A model generated the notes under the pieces. That model was not told where the DNA came from. It saw nothing but the letters and a program-made list of their open reading frames with translations, and did not search any database. A stretch of DNA of 64,000 bases from contig NC_042997.1 of NCBI RefSeq assembly GCF_006345805.1, positions 6,758,001 through 6,822,000 on the forward strand. The letters are read 5' to 3'. The stretch's first letter is position 1; every line of letters begins with the position of its first letter. The position numbers and the translations under genes were made by a program. Source of the DNA: Octopus sinensis (lineage: Eukaryota). Of the stretch, positions 27,305 through 40,566 are shown in pieces.

Positions 27305-27544
27305 TGTAAATTACATTTATAACACGGCATTTGTTCCCCCAGCAAGTGCTGTAACAACATGCAGCCACAATGTTTGTATCAACACGTATCACGTAAAATA
27401 AATTAGGGTTTCATACACCACCTCAATTCTGATGCAATACGAAATCACATTATGGTTTCAGAAGTAAATGGCTTGGGAGACACTTGTGTACACATTCACA
27501 GATATTATATCCACAAACACATAATAGGTGTATATTAATATAGA

Positions 27545-27736
27545 ATTCGTCGAAGAAGAGGAAGCCCAAAGGAATGATGCAAAAATGACTTCAAAGAGAA
27601 CTTCATGAAATGTAATACTGAAACCGAGAACTGGGAGAAAAAATGTTCAGGATCGAGGACGCTGGAGATCAATCGTCAAAGAGGTAGTTACTAACAACAT
27701 TTGAGGCCCGCACGACTGCCGAGGAAGAAAGAAAGA
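27545..27736 (+). mobile_element. RTE-clade LINE 3' fragment
   Basis: Reads RRRRGSPKE*CKNDFKENF...ENWEK..QDRGRWRSIVKE with one stop and a frameshift, matching the RTE ORF C-terminus (RG.PK..KD.LK..WE..A.DR..WR..V), followed by a short gaaa-type tail. Confidence 0.7.
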
Positions 27737-28055
27737 TGTGGCACAGAAAATATATACAAGACAAGGACATTCTGCACAAGAATTGAACTCAAAGTACACC
27801 TCAGAATCCATCGATAAATATATATATATATATGATTCAAAATGTGACCGCGTCTGTACCGTTGGCGATGTTTTCCTCTGTCTTCCCTTCTCTGGATCTT
27901 TCCTTCTCCTATGTTTCCGACGAAGAGCTCCGCTCGAGACGTTGAACCCTCCTTCATTCCTTCTTTCCTGACCGTCCAATAATACTATATTTGTTCCACG
28001 TCCTCGCGTTGTTGTGTTTTTTTTTGCTTTCATGTTTGGATTAACTTTATATATA

Positions 28056-28107
<52 letters not shown>

Positions 28108-29109
28108 CCTATATCACTATATAGTGATATAACCTATATCATTGTTATAGGTTATATCTTGTATTGGCTTAACGCTTCAATGTTTCATTGCATCATCCAA
28201 CCGCGGAAAGTAACCCACTCTGAAATCATAGATATATATATACGTATGTGGATGAATAGATATATATATACGTATGTGTAGAGATGTCTATATAAATGGA
28301 TAGATGCGTTTATGTATGTATTCATGTGCAGGTCTGATTACTTCTACATGTATATATGCATCCATACCTAGATCGCTCAACCCATACCTTTTCTCTACTC
28401 ATCCCTTAATACAAGACTATCATATCACTCCTACTTACATATCTCACACTTATTCACTCCTTACCTTCTCATCTCTTCCTATCCACCACTCCTCAACTCC
28501 TTTCCCATCCTACCCTCACATTATCCTGACCAACACCTGACACTCATTTTCTCCACTCTGTCGTCCTTCATTTTCTTCTCTCTGCCTCTTCTTTTCCTTC
28601 TCTTCTTTTATTATCATTACTCTTTTATCATTTTTGTTTTTCTCTCAATCTTCCTCGTATTTTCCAACTTCTATCCACAAATATTACCAATATATTCTCC
28701 AATATTCATTCACACCACAAACGCCTTCGAATGGGCAACATAGAATCCACGGCTTCATACTTTGAAATGACTGAACACAAACCACTATCGGAACTTAAAT
28801 ACATATACAGGAAACTTTTCTACCACAGTTATACACCACATTACTCGAAAGATAAAACTTCAACTAAATATTCTATATGTTATTTCTATTTTCATTCTCT
28901 TGTTTCCCTCTATTTTCCCTATCTCATTTTCCGTAATAACTCCCCTCTCTCACATCGTCTCTGATTAAGAGATATCCCCCAATATCCCAGAAAGAGTGGT
29001 GAGACTGTAACTCTTTCCTTATAAATGCTCTGCAAACTCCTCAGAGCTTTGGCTTTGTTATCTGTTCTTGATTAACATACACAAACACACACACACACAC
29101 ACGCACATA

Positions 29110-29507
29110 TACTCTTTACTCTTTACTCTTTTACTTGTTTCAGTCATTTGACTGCGGCCATGCTGAAGCACCGCCTTTTTAATCGAGCAAATCGACCCCG
29201 GGACTTATTCTTTTGTAAGCCCAGTACTTATTCTATCGGTCTCTTTTTGCCGAACCGCTAAGTGATGGGGACGTAAACACACCAGCATCGATTGTCAAGC
29301 AATGCTAGGGGGACAAACACAGACACACAATCACACATATATATACATATATACGACAGGCTTCTTTCAGTTTCCGTCTACCAAATCCACTCACAAGGCA
29401 TTGGTCGGACCAGGGCTATAGCAGAAGACACTTGCCCAAGGTGCCACGCAGTGGGACTGAACCCGGAACCATGTAGTTGGTTAGCAAGCTACTTACCACA
29501 TAGCCAC
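29110..29507 (-). mobile_element. SINE family A, near full length
   Basis: Collinear with 5488-5901 from the tail to gtggctatgtggtaag. Confidence 0.9.
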
Positions 29508-29701
29508 CCTTGGATCTTATATATATATATAAGCCAGTACAAGAGCCACATTAAACTCCTCACTCGTATCACGATCGAACCAAGTGTTTAACTATAATCT
29601 GTCATTCGCTCTTACATAGCATAACCTGCCACTCTTTGGGTCATCTGGATACCAATGCCCTTTATAAATGTGTATGCGTGTGTGTGCGCGTGTGTGTGTG
29701 T

Positions 29702-30081
29702 GAGGAGGCACAATGGCACAGTGGTTAGGGCAGTGGGCTCGCGGTCGGGTGATCGCAGTTTCGATTCCCAGAGCGAGTGTTCTGAGTGTTTATAGAGCGA
29801 AAACACCTAAAGCTCCCCGAGGCTGCGTCAGGCGGTTGTACCGATCCCTGCTGTACTCTTTCACAACAACTTTCTCTCACTCTTTCTTCCTCTTTCTCTT
29901 GTGCCTGTATTTCAAAGGGCCAGCCTTGTCACACACTGTGTTACGCTGAATCTCCCCGAGAACTACGTTAAGGTTACGCGTGTCTGTGTTGAGCTCAGCT
30001 ACTCATACGGTAACTTCACGAGCAGGCTGTTCAGTCGATCATATCAAGCGGAAGCCTCGTCGTCGTAACCAACGGAGTGCC
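29702..30081 (+). mobile_element. tRNA-derived SINE, family C, full length
   Basis: A-box TGGCACAGTGG, B-box-like GTTTCGATTCCC, body gatccctgctgtactctttcac, tail tttcaaagggccagccttgtcac..gtcgtaaccaacggagtgcc, then (ACAT)n. Confidence 0.85.
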
Positions 30082-30131
30082 ATATACATACATACATACA
30101 TACATACATACATACATCCATACATACATAC

Positions 30132-30164
<33 letters not shown>

Positions 30165-30335
30165 AGCCAGTACAAGAGCCACATTAAACTCTCCTCCTCG
30201 TATCACGATCGAACAAGTGTTTAACTATAATCTGTCATTCGCTCTTACATAGCATAACCTGCCACTCTTTGGGTCATCTGGATCCAATGCCCTTTATAAC
30301 ATGTATATGCGTGTGTGTGCGCGTGTGTGGTGTGT

Positions 30336-30725
30336 GAGGATGGCACAATGGCACAGTGGTTAGGGCAGTGGGCTCCGCGGTCGGGTGATCGCAGTTTCGA
30401 TTCCCAGAGCGAGTGTTCTGAGTGTTTATAGAGCGAAAACACCTAAAGCTCCCCGAGGCTGCGTCAGGCGGTTTTACCGATCCCTGCTGTACTCTTTCAC
30501 AACAACTTTCTCTCACTCTTCTCTTCCTCTTTCTCTTGTGCCTGTATTTCAAAGGGCCAGCCTTGTCCCACACTGTGTTAACGCTGAATCTCCCCGAGAA
30601 CTACGTTAAGGTTACGCGTGTCTGTGTTGAGCTCAGCTACTCATACGGTAACTTCACGAGCAGGCTGTTCAGCAGCATCGATCATATCAAGCGGAAGCCT
30701 CGTCGTCGTAACCAACGGAGTGCCC
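30336..30725 (+). mobile_element. SINE family C, second copy inside the tandem duplication
   Basis: Near-identical to 29702-30081. Confidence 0.85.
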
Positions 30726-31006
30726 CCATATACATACATCTACATACATACATACATACATCCATACATAACTACATTATATAATATACATATTATATAT
30801 ATAAACAAAATAAAGGTGTCTGAGAGACACCACTATGCTGAAATTTTAAAAACCACGTTAAATGTTCATATCGTATCATGAGATAAGACAGAGGGACAAA
30901 ATAGTCTAGCAAAAAATATTATTGAATAATTCAAGATCCAGGATTTCTTGTTTTGAATTAAATAAGCTTTACCGTCATCGGTTGAATATATCAAAAGTAT
31001 ATATAG

Positions 31007-31137
31007 AAGATTGGTTTCTTTCAGTCTCAATCTACTCCCAAATCCACTCCCAAATATTTGGTCGACATGGGGCTATAGTTTCACGCATTCGTGTGTATAG
31101 TAAAAAGCTTCTTACCACACGGCCACATCTACGCCTC
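31007..31137 (-). mobile_element. SINE family A, deleted 5' fragment
   Basis: tttctttcagt..aaatccactc..ggtcgacatggggctatag..cttcttaccacacggccac. Confidence 0.55.
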
Positions 31138-32068
31138 ATACTTGAAAGCCCATTTTTTAAAAATTTATGATGCAATTGAACAATTATCTTGCTTTTTCTG
31201 CATAGCCGAAAGGTGTTTGTCCGTTGTATATGTATAATCCTTTTTATTTTTGTTTCACTGGTATTATTATTTCATAATGTTACGTTTGTCCGATTGCCAA
31301 AAGAACCTTTCTGTTTTGCTTTATTTTTTTACAGTGTATTTGTTTACAGTTTTTTCTCCTTGTGTTATATAGCCGAAAGGCGTTCCGTTGTATTTGTATA
31401 ATTCTACCTATTTCGATTTTGTTTCCGTTCTTGTTTTCATACTTATATACACTCATTTGCTTTCAGCTTAAGTCCCTGGCGCTCGCCGGATTCGAGTAGC
31501 CCCGGAGATAAAGGAGCGCGAAGCTACAAGGACTTTCCGGACACCGACTGGAGAGGAAATCGACTGTGAATGATCCGTGCTCCTTGATTTTTGTCCTCTT
31601 TACCGATTGTTATGCTATCGTTTATTTTTCTGCGTGTTGTGTCTTGTTTATTTCCGTTTGTTGTGTTCAATCAGGTCTACCGTTGATATACCCATGCGGC
31701 GATTCGAACAACCCGTTATTTATTTGTTGAAATATATGTGTGCGTGTGTGTATATCAAACATGTAAGACTATATGTAAGAAAATATGGCTTACTTATAGA
31801 ACACATATAGATGTATAATTTTAAAACGTTTTCTTGGTACCAACTTACTACAATTATATTACAGGCGAAAACACGAACTATCACAATATACGTATGTGAT
31901 AATAATTGATTTTTTGAATTATTTTGATAAATTTAATCTAATCATTAACTCAGTTGCGAGGAGTTTATTTTATAAGATCACACCTATACATGTACTTAAG
32001 TACGCCGACACCGTACATGTTTTTATCTGCGTGGGTTTATATATATCTATATATTTATAATAATATAT

Positions 32069-32136
<68 letters not shown>

Positions 32137-33026
32137 ATATAATTATATAATATTTGTGAATGTGTGTGAGTGTGTGTTTGAACATAAGTATGAGTGCGTG
32201 TATATATATTTATATAACTATATGCTTGGTATGGAGTGATGCTGACATACATACACACACACGCACACACACATTTATACATATGCACTCACGTTATGAA
32301 ATCCAGATGGTGGTAAAGATTTATCTGATATGGTTGCCCAATAATACTGACACTTCAAAAATTATTAATCCGTGTTTCTTATATTTTATATGTAATAATC
32401 TTACAAACTATGTTTCGTATACTACTGCGATCACTTTGTAGATGCCATAGGATAAACTAACACTATAGGACGAATGATTATCGTATGAAAAAGGGAAGAC
32501 GGAACTATTAAATACCATAATAGAGAATATAGTTGAAAATGTCTGAAAATAAATTGTTTACAAGGTATAGTATATTTAGGAGTACGAATAACCACAAGTG
32601 CTTTGCAATATCTCCTAATGCTACATTTGTATGAAATTTTCTCTAGAAATATTTGAAAATTGGCGGTTAGAATTTTATTAAATTATTCTAAATATATATT
32701 GCTCGTTGTTATCAAAGACGTTCTTGAAGAAATTTCAGCAATCACAACATATATGCATACCAGATATCTTTTACCTATCAAATTTTTAATTATTTCAGTC
32801 ATTAGAATTCGAACATCCTAGGGCCTCGAAGAATCTTATCAAAAAAATCTGCCGCTATAAGTGTTCTATCAGGGTCTTGTGTCGAATCGCTACGTTACGA
32901 ATTTATGAGAAAGTAAACACACCAACATGGTTCTCAAGCAGTGGTGTTGACACAGACATACACCCACACATTCATGCATACATGCATAAATGCATACACA
33001 CACACATTATATATATATATATATAT

Positions 33027-33098
<72 letters not shown>

Positions 33099-33159
33099 AT
33101 ATATATATATTATATATATTGTGAAAGAGAGTGAGAGAAGAGGGGTGAGAAGAGAGACG

Positions 33160-33310
33160 AGTGTCTTTCAGTTTCTGTATACTAAATGCACTAGCAATAC
33201 TTTAGTTGGTCCGGAGCTATAGAAGAATAAAACTTGCAAACGGTGGAACTGAATGGGATTGAAACCGGAACCACGTGCTTAGAAAACAAACTGCTTCAAG
33301 TCACTGCCTC
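33160..33310 (-). mobile_element. SINE family A, degenerate 5' half
   Basis: tctttcagtttc..gctatagaagaa..gggattgaaaccggaaccacgtg aligns to the reverse complement of the head. Confidence 0.55.
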
Positions 33311-33812
33311 AAAAAAATTACTTTATGCTATATCCATTTTATTCGTAAAGATTTATTTATCCATAACAAGGAGATCTTAAGATAAAGCTTAAAATTCTTA
33401 GCTGTCATCTCTAGAGAAGGCAAATCCCAAAAAGGTCAAATAGGTCCAGCATTCTCAGAATTGCGTTCTTCACGGAAACTATAGGCTCCCTATAGTGTTC
33501 ACTGGATGCCGACTCAAACATCACCTTTTTAAATTGCTTGTTAGACAAAAGGCATTCAATGCAGCACAAAATATGTCAATTTGACCAGCACATATTTTAT
33601 ACGTGTCACAAAGTTAGTAAAGAATACATATTAAAGTTCTCTAATTAGAGATAGAAAAATATTTGATTTACAATTCTCACGTCGTAAATTTACAAAGCTT
33701 TCCGAAGATCGAAATCGTATTTTAAAACCTTGAATACAGTTTTGAAATGTGTATGATAGTTTGGTGAAATATACACTTTTCTCCTCTAGGCACAAAGTCA
33801 CAAAGTTTGGTA

Positions 33813-33925
33813 GAATGGGGCCAGTCGATTGGATCGAACCCAGTATGCCACAGGTACTTAATTTATCGACCCCGGTAGAATTTAAGTAGCGACAGGCAAA
33901 ATACCACGAAGCATTTTGCACGGCA
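33813..33925 (-). mobile_element. SINE family B, internally deleted
   Basis: ggggccagtcgattggatcgaacccagta..ggtacttaatttatcgaccc matches 43926-43980. Confidence 0.65.
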
Positions 33926-34014
33926 GTTTGGTGAAATTTGCTGAAAAAATTTATGTTGCTACTAGAATGCCATCATGTTTTACTATATTGTCTATGGGAA
34001 TGGTGCAACCGCGG

Positions 34015-34151
34015 GTGTATGGTAGAAAATTGCTTCTCAACCGGGTTCATTTTCACTGTGTTATACCTTGGGCAAGTGACATCCACGATATCCTCGTACT
34101 GGCCAGAGACTTGTCAGTGTATGTGTTAGACGGAAATTAAAGAACTCGTCG

Positions 34152-34215
<64 letters not shown>

Positions 34216-34350
34216 GTGTGTGTGATTGTATGTATACATGCATATATGCGTGTGTGAATGTATATGTATGTCCGTGTGTGTGAATATCTTTAATGCCCTG
34301 CCCTTGAAAGGCTGCAGTCAAACGTTCGGAGATAAGTAAAGGATAAAATG
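34015..34350 (+). mobile_element. SINE family A, strongly diverged
   Basis: ccttgggcaagtg, agacggaaatt..ctcgtcg, expanded internal microsatellite, degenerate tail gctgcagtcaaac..agtaaaggataaaa. Confidence 0.6.
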
Positions 34351-35346
34351 CAAAAGATTCATTGCAAACTGGCTTCCATATTTTGGTGCGGTTTTGGAAC
34401 ATGGTCACTAACTTTGAAATAGAATCAAATTTCTGAAGGATCGTCCACAAAGCATACACATATTCCTACATTTATCTATATATCCACACGCAAACACACA
34501 CGCACGCGTACAACCGGATATATATATATAGGTGTATGTGTGTGTGAGAGATACAAATAGAGAGAAGGAGAGAGAGATAGGCACAAAGAGAGAGAGAGAG
34601 AGGGGGAGAGAGAGTTTGTGTATGTGTTTATTGATGCAAAGTGGAAATCTCTGACGTAGCCCTGGTTAGAATATATTACATCAAAATCGTTTGGTAATGT
34701 GTTGAAATCTTTTCTCAAGGTGCTGAAATTTTCAGCATTTTCAATTAATACACAGGAGACCAGGTTTTTATTACTCCACTATTGCTTAACGATCATACTA
34801 CATGACAAACAACGAAGATAGGGAATTCAGTAGGAATTTGTGCTACGTTAACTACCACTCATACGCGGGCTACTCGACTGGAAAATACTGTAAATAATAG
34901 GTGAAGTTTCCTATAATACAATTTTTTTATCAAGACCCATTTAATATAGGTATTCTTCAGACGCGAATTCCTAGATAGTATTTTTCTACAAGAGATAGTA
35001 TTCCTCTCCAATTTGCTATATGTAAATTTTTCTACACAAGTTCTAACAGTTATACACATTTCACGGGGCAAGTATAAGCATACGGTTATATTGTACAGAA
35101 ATAATTTTGAAACACTGTACCTCTCATCTAAATGTCCAAATCTATAAATTTCCTAGGAGTTTTCCATACATTCAAATATATTCAGAATTCTTTTTTTGGA
35201 TATGTAGATGTATAGGTGCATATGTATATCTATATTTACACACACGCGCATACTCACACATATACATCCGTATGTCTGTCAGCATACCTATTTGGATATG
35301 TAAACATATGTGCCGATAAGCATATATACATATATATATATATATA

Positions 35347-35393
<47 letters not shown>

Positions 35394-35982
35394 ATATATA
35401 TATATATATGTATATGATATATTGTTTGTGAGTGTGATATAAACGTATTATTAAGACAGGACTAAATTCCATCACGGATACCAGCGTCCTAGTGCTCCAT
35501 TTTCTCATTTTTTCATTGATATATATATATATATAATATATATATATTTGCACACACATAAGATATGACAGGAAGAAATGAAGGTGAAAAAGTAGATGAA
35601 TACATCATCAGTATACACGCACATTCTCATTCTCTCTCTACCTCTTCATACATACGTAAGTTAATGCACTTATGTACGTATAAATGTATGTAAGTATGTA
35701 TGATATTCAATATCTCCCAGATTTGGGGATAAGTAATATGATCAACGAACTAATCAATAGCTTACTAATGATTTACCAATAAAGAAGTTAAATAGAACCA
35801 GTGTCTGACTTGAGAGTACAAAGATCCACCAATAGCGCAATAATTTCTGTTTCAGCATACGTTTTCATATCAAGACTGATCAATACAATCAAAAGTGACA
35901 TAGCGTTATCTATCTATCTATCAATCTATCTGTCTACCGATTGATCGATCAGTATTTGTCCATCTGTGTGTGCCTCTCTCCT

Positions 35983-36048
<66 letters not shown>

Positions 36049-39000
36049 CATTTCCATATATACACACGTACATACATACTCATATATATCGAAAATTATA
36101 GATGCATGTATGTGTATATATATATATACATGTGTGTATGTGCGTGTGTACACACATTCTTGGGTGCGTGTGTGTTAATCTTTGCACCATGTGTGCGCTC
36201 GTGTGTGCGCGCGCTTGTGTGGTATTTGTGTGTGTATGTGTGTGTGTTTGTATGTGTGCAAGCATTGAAGTACTGGAAGAAAATATGAACTTACACTTGC
36301 CAAATTTTAAGGTAGAAGAGAGTGCATATTATATAAACTTAAAAGAGACAGCAGAGGGTGTCGAAGAATGACTCTTCATATTTACCTGACATACACCAGA
36401 ATCCAAAAATTGGATGAGAAATGACAGAATTGGTTTAGTCTGTATTTGAAGTTCAAACTAGAGTAATCAGGTAATTAACTTCAATCACTAGTGATAATCA
36501 CTCAAGCAAAATGTACAAGAGTTCAGGTAGATTTTTACAGCTATTCCTCGTGGTAGATGTTCATTAGAAGCAGTTTTCTTGCATTGCGGCTGCCTTCACT
36601 TAGAGTAACTCGATGTAACTTACTTTATATGAAGTGGTACAGGTATAAATATTGCGATCAGCCTAGCTGATTATCAGAAGATATAGTGTACACCTATTTT
36701 GTTGTTCTCATGGACATTTTCTTGCCTATCACTCCCACCACTCACTGCTAAGCAGTGTAACCTTTTTTGGGGTCTTGTAATTGCTTAATTTTTTTTCTCA
36801 GCTAATTTTTACTTAACTATTTCACACTTTCTTCTGCTTTTTGCTCCTCCCAAATTTGCTGCATTCACATTCCACTCAACTCCGATCATCCACATTTAAC
36901 AACCTGCAACGCACACCACGCACACTTATGTCCCTATCCTTACACAGGTTCTCTCGTCTATTTGGATTCAATTCCTCACATCGTCTTCTCTTTCTAACAC
37001 TTCCTAGCAGATTTACTTTCCCATCCGGTTCCAAAACCTCTCTTTTTCTGCTCCTTTTCTCTCCTTTCCATCCTTATCTTTATTCTTTGATCGCTCTAAT
37101 GAGGAAAGATTTCATATCCGAAACGTCAAAGAATTTTCCCATTTCTTTTCTTCCTGCTTCTATTCAAGCGTGAAAACTTGTTATTTTCGTTGTACTTGTT
37201 TCGAATTTGTGCTCATTCGTCACATATATCCATATAAGTACACAAGTCTATATAATTACGTCTTTAGAAATGTTATTATTAAATAGACACTCTCATATGC
37301 ATATCCATATATATATTCGTACATACTTACACAAAAACATATGGCAGTGTATGTATGCGCGTGAACGTGTGCATGTGGCTGTGTATGTGTGTGTATGTGT
37401 GAGTATGTGTGTGTGTGTGCATGTGTGTGTACATATATGTTTCATGTGTTTTTTTTATGACAAGTTAACTCCTCTTTTCTACGCAGTCTCTTTAGCGGTC
37501 AACAGAAAATTTGAGTATATTTCAATAGCTCTATACCGGATGCAACATCCAAACACTTGTAAAAGCGGCGTCTCCTCTAAACGCAGCAATTATGAGGTCA
37601 TTCAAGAATTCTCTTGGTAAATATGCTGAATCGTATTATGAAAGATAGTTGTTTTACTAACTTATTGCACACATTCCAGTCCGTCTTTTCTCTCTTTGTA
37701 CGTATGTATATACATATATATCTATTCGTATATTTCATAAATGTATGTATATGTATGGATGCATGCCCCTCATTCTAACCCCCAAAACGAAATATGCTCT
37801 CAACATATTTATTAGGAGTAACGTATTATTTGAGAACAGTTAGTCTCAGATCCATGCAACTTCAAGTGTGTAGTCTCGCACATACTGTTGTGGAGTCAAC
37901 AAAGTATCCATGTAAACGTATATATTATGAACTACTACCTACGAATCTAGGAGATAATGCCATATCAAATTAAATTCCAACTATTTATATCATCTCTACG
38001 GTTGACATATAGATTGATGTGTACTACATTAAAAAACTAATTAAATAATTGGAGAGAAAAATTATATTCTCTACTTCAGTATTATAGCATAGCTTTGGTA
38101 GAAATTAAGACGTACGTATCGGGAAGAGAAAGTGAAAATAAAACTTAGTTATATAATAGGTATAAAATATTAATAACAATGAATAAATAAGAATACATTT
38201 AATTTCTGAAAGTAATCCCAGATACTTTATGTTAAGACATAGTGTACCAAAAACTGAACTTGCTTTCTTCACGCGTTCTGCTGACCCTAACCCATACTCC
38301 CCCTCGATTCTCATTTTGTAATCTTTTCATGAGATCTGATCATGAAAGCCAAGAGTATTCTAAAAGGATACAGTATATTATTCTCACCATTTTGTATTAC
38401 ATTAATCTCATTTATTCTTAGTAGATGTAGATGACTGCATTACCATACTACTTATGAAGTAATGCGACAATAACATTCGTGATTTTACACTAAGTTTTAA
38501 ATATGATACAATATCACATAAATATAAAATTAAAGTCTAATTTAATCTAAAATCTTTAAACAGATGGACAGACTGATTTAACAAAGTCATATCAGAAACC
38601 CATCTGCTCGATTTATTTATAGATAACTCGGAAGTGGCATTAGTTATCAGTCACTGTACCCAGATGTACAATGCTTTTACATGGAAGTGGCTTTACATAA
38701 TGTGCAGTACGGCAGTATATTATTAACGACATTTGTCTTATATTTATCTCTCATATAAGAAAGTGACCAGCACATAATGTAAAAAAAAAAGGGCCAATTA
38801 CAACAATTAAATACCAACGGCCGTCTAATCTAACGCTCGTCCGGCAAGGAATAACTATCAGATATACCTCCACTCGCATCCCATCACTTAAAATCCGCAT
38901 GGCCACTTGAATGCCTTGGATTACGTAGACAACATTTCAACATAACTGAATCAAAGGCGAAATGATCACGATCAGTACGCAATTTTCTTCTGCACAGTTA

Positions 39001-39485
39001 ATTAGGGTGGAATCAGAGCTACTTACAATTGCACCTAAGGAAGAAAAAAAACTGCATGGACATATGCGCAGCTTCGTGGTAAGAAGTATCATTCTCAACC
39101 ACATTGTTCCGGGTTCAGGTGTTTAAAGTTTTTAACATTCTATAAATACCAACAGCCTGTCAGCGGAGATGTGCGTCCACTGAGTATCAAGGTAACACTC
39201 ACTTACATGTGATGATATTTTCATGTACATGGAATATAAAAAGCAACGAGACGACTACTTTTATGAAGGAGAGATGTTAACCTTGATATAATGTAATATA
39301 ACGCTATAGTATTAAACATCGAAACGAAACATTTCTTTTAACAAACGTTGTTTTGGATTTATTGTAAAAAGATAATAATTGAACAGGGTTACATATATCA
39401 AGCAATGCTTTATGAAAACCCTTTCACTCTCGCACTTTCTTTCTGTCTCTCTCCCCCTCGCTCCCGCTGTCTCTCCTATATACTT

Positions 39486-39549
<64 letters not shown>

Positions 39550-39570
39550 CAGACATACATACACACATAC

Positions 39571-39611
<41 letters not shown>

Positions 39612-39641
39612 CATATACACATACATATATATACATGTTTG

Positions 39642-39682
<41 letters not shown>

Positions 39683-40481
39683 ATGTATACACACATATGC
39701 GTATAAATGTATACATAAATAGTTCTTTTTAGTTGGTACTATATTCTCGGATATTTTAATTTTTTTGTCTTGGACGTCTTCTACTTGCATTTCTTAAACA
39801 TGTTTAATTATGTTTCTTGAGTTTTAAGGACGTTATATATGAAAAACCAAAAATATCAAACTATGTGAAGATTGCTTGAGAACACATGATAACACAGTTG
39901 CTTCATGCAAGCATTCTGGGGAGAATGTCGACAAAATTAATCGATACCTAACACACGGTAGGAGAACTGATTGACTGAATAGACGAATGCGTGCGATAAA
40001 GCGAATGACATAGAACAAAGGCAGAAGACGAGTGCGAAGAATGTGAGATGGGATAGCGAAAGGAGAAGAGAAAAAATAGAAAGGTAGAAGAAAAGCGTAT
40101 CCAGAACATAAAAAGTTTATATAATGTGCTTCAAACGTATGATAAAAAAAAAAGCACACGTTCATATATTGGCGCTTACGTTCACACGACCACGCATGCT
40201 CACTTTTGCCCACAGACGAAAACAATCCTGTGTATTTGTCTCCTGATTATCGTTTGTATATACGCGTGCATATATGTATGCAGCTACCTGCATATATAAA
40301 CATGTATACACATAAGTAGGAACACCAATATATATATATATATATATTATATTATATACTATACAATACATATATTATATATATATAATACAATTATATA
40401 TGTATATATCTATATATAAACATATATATATATATATGTAAGTATGTATGTATATATATACATACAAATACATGTATATAT

Positions 40482-40513
<32 letters not shown>

Positions 40514-40531
40514 GCATACGTATATATATAT

Positions 40532-40566
<35 letters not shown>

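Larger units (their letters stand above)
29531..30770 (+). repeat. Tandem duplication, 633-bp period
   Basis: aagccagtacaagagcc starts at 29531 and 30164; both units carry the same flank, a family C SINE and an (ACAT)n/(AT)n end. Differences are mostly 1-4 nt indels. Confidence 0.93.

Noticed and set aside
34895-34965. Minus-strand CTGAAGA...GAAA
   Set aside because: No stem I or stem III pairing and no cleavage triplet in place.
38200-38310. RVKKASSVFGTL resembling the RTE motif RI.KAS.AFG.L
   Set aside because: Single short motif without supporting neighbours.
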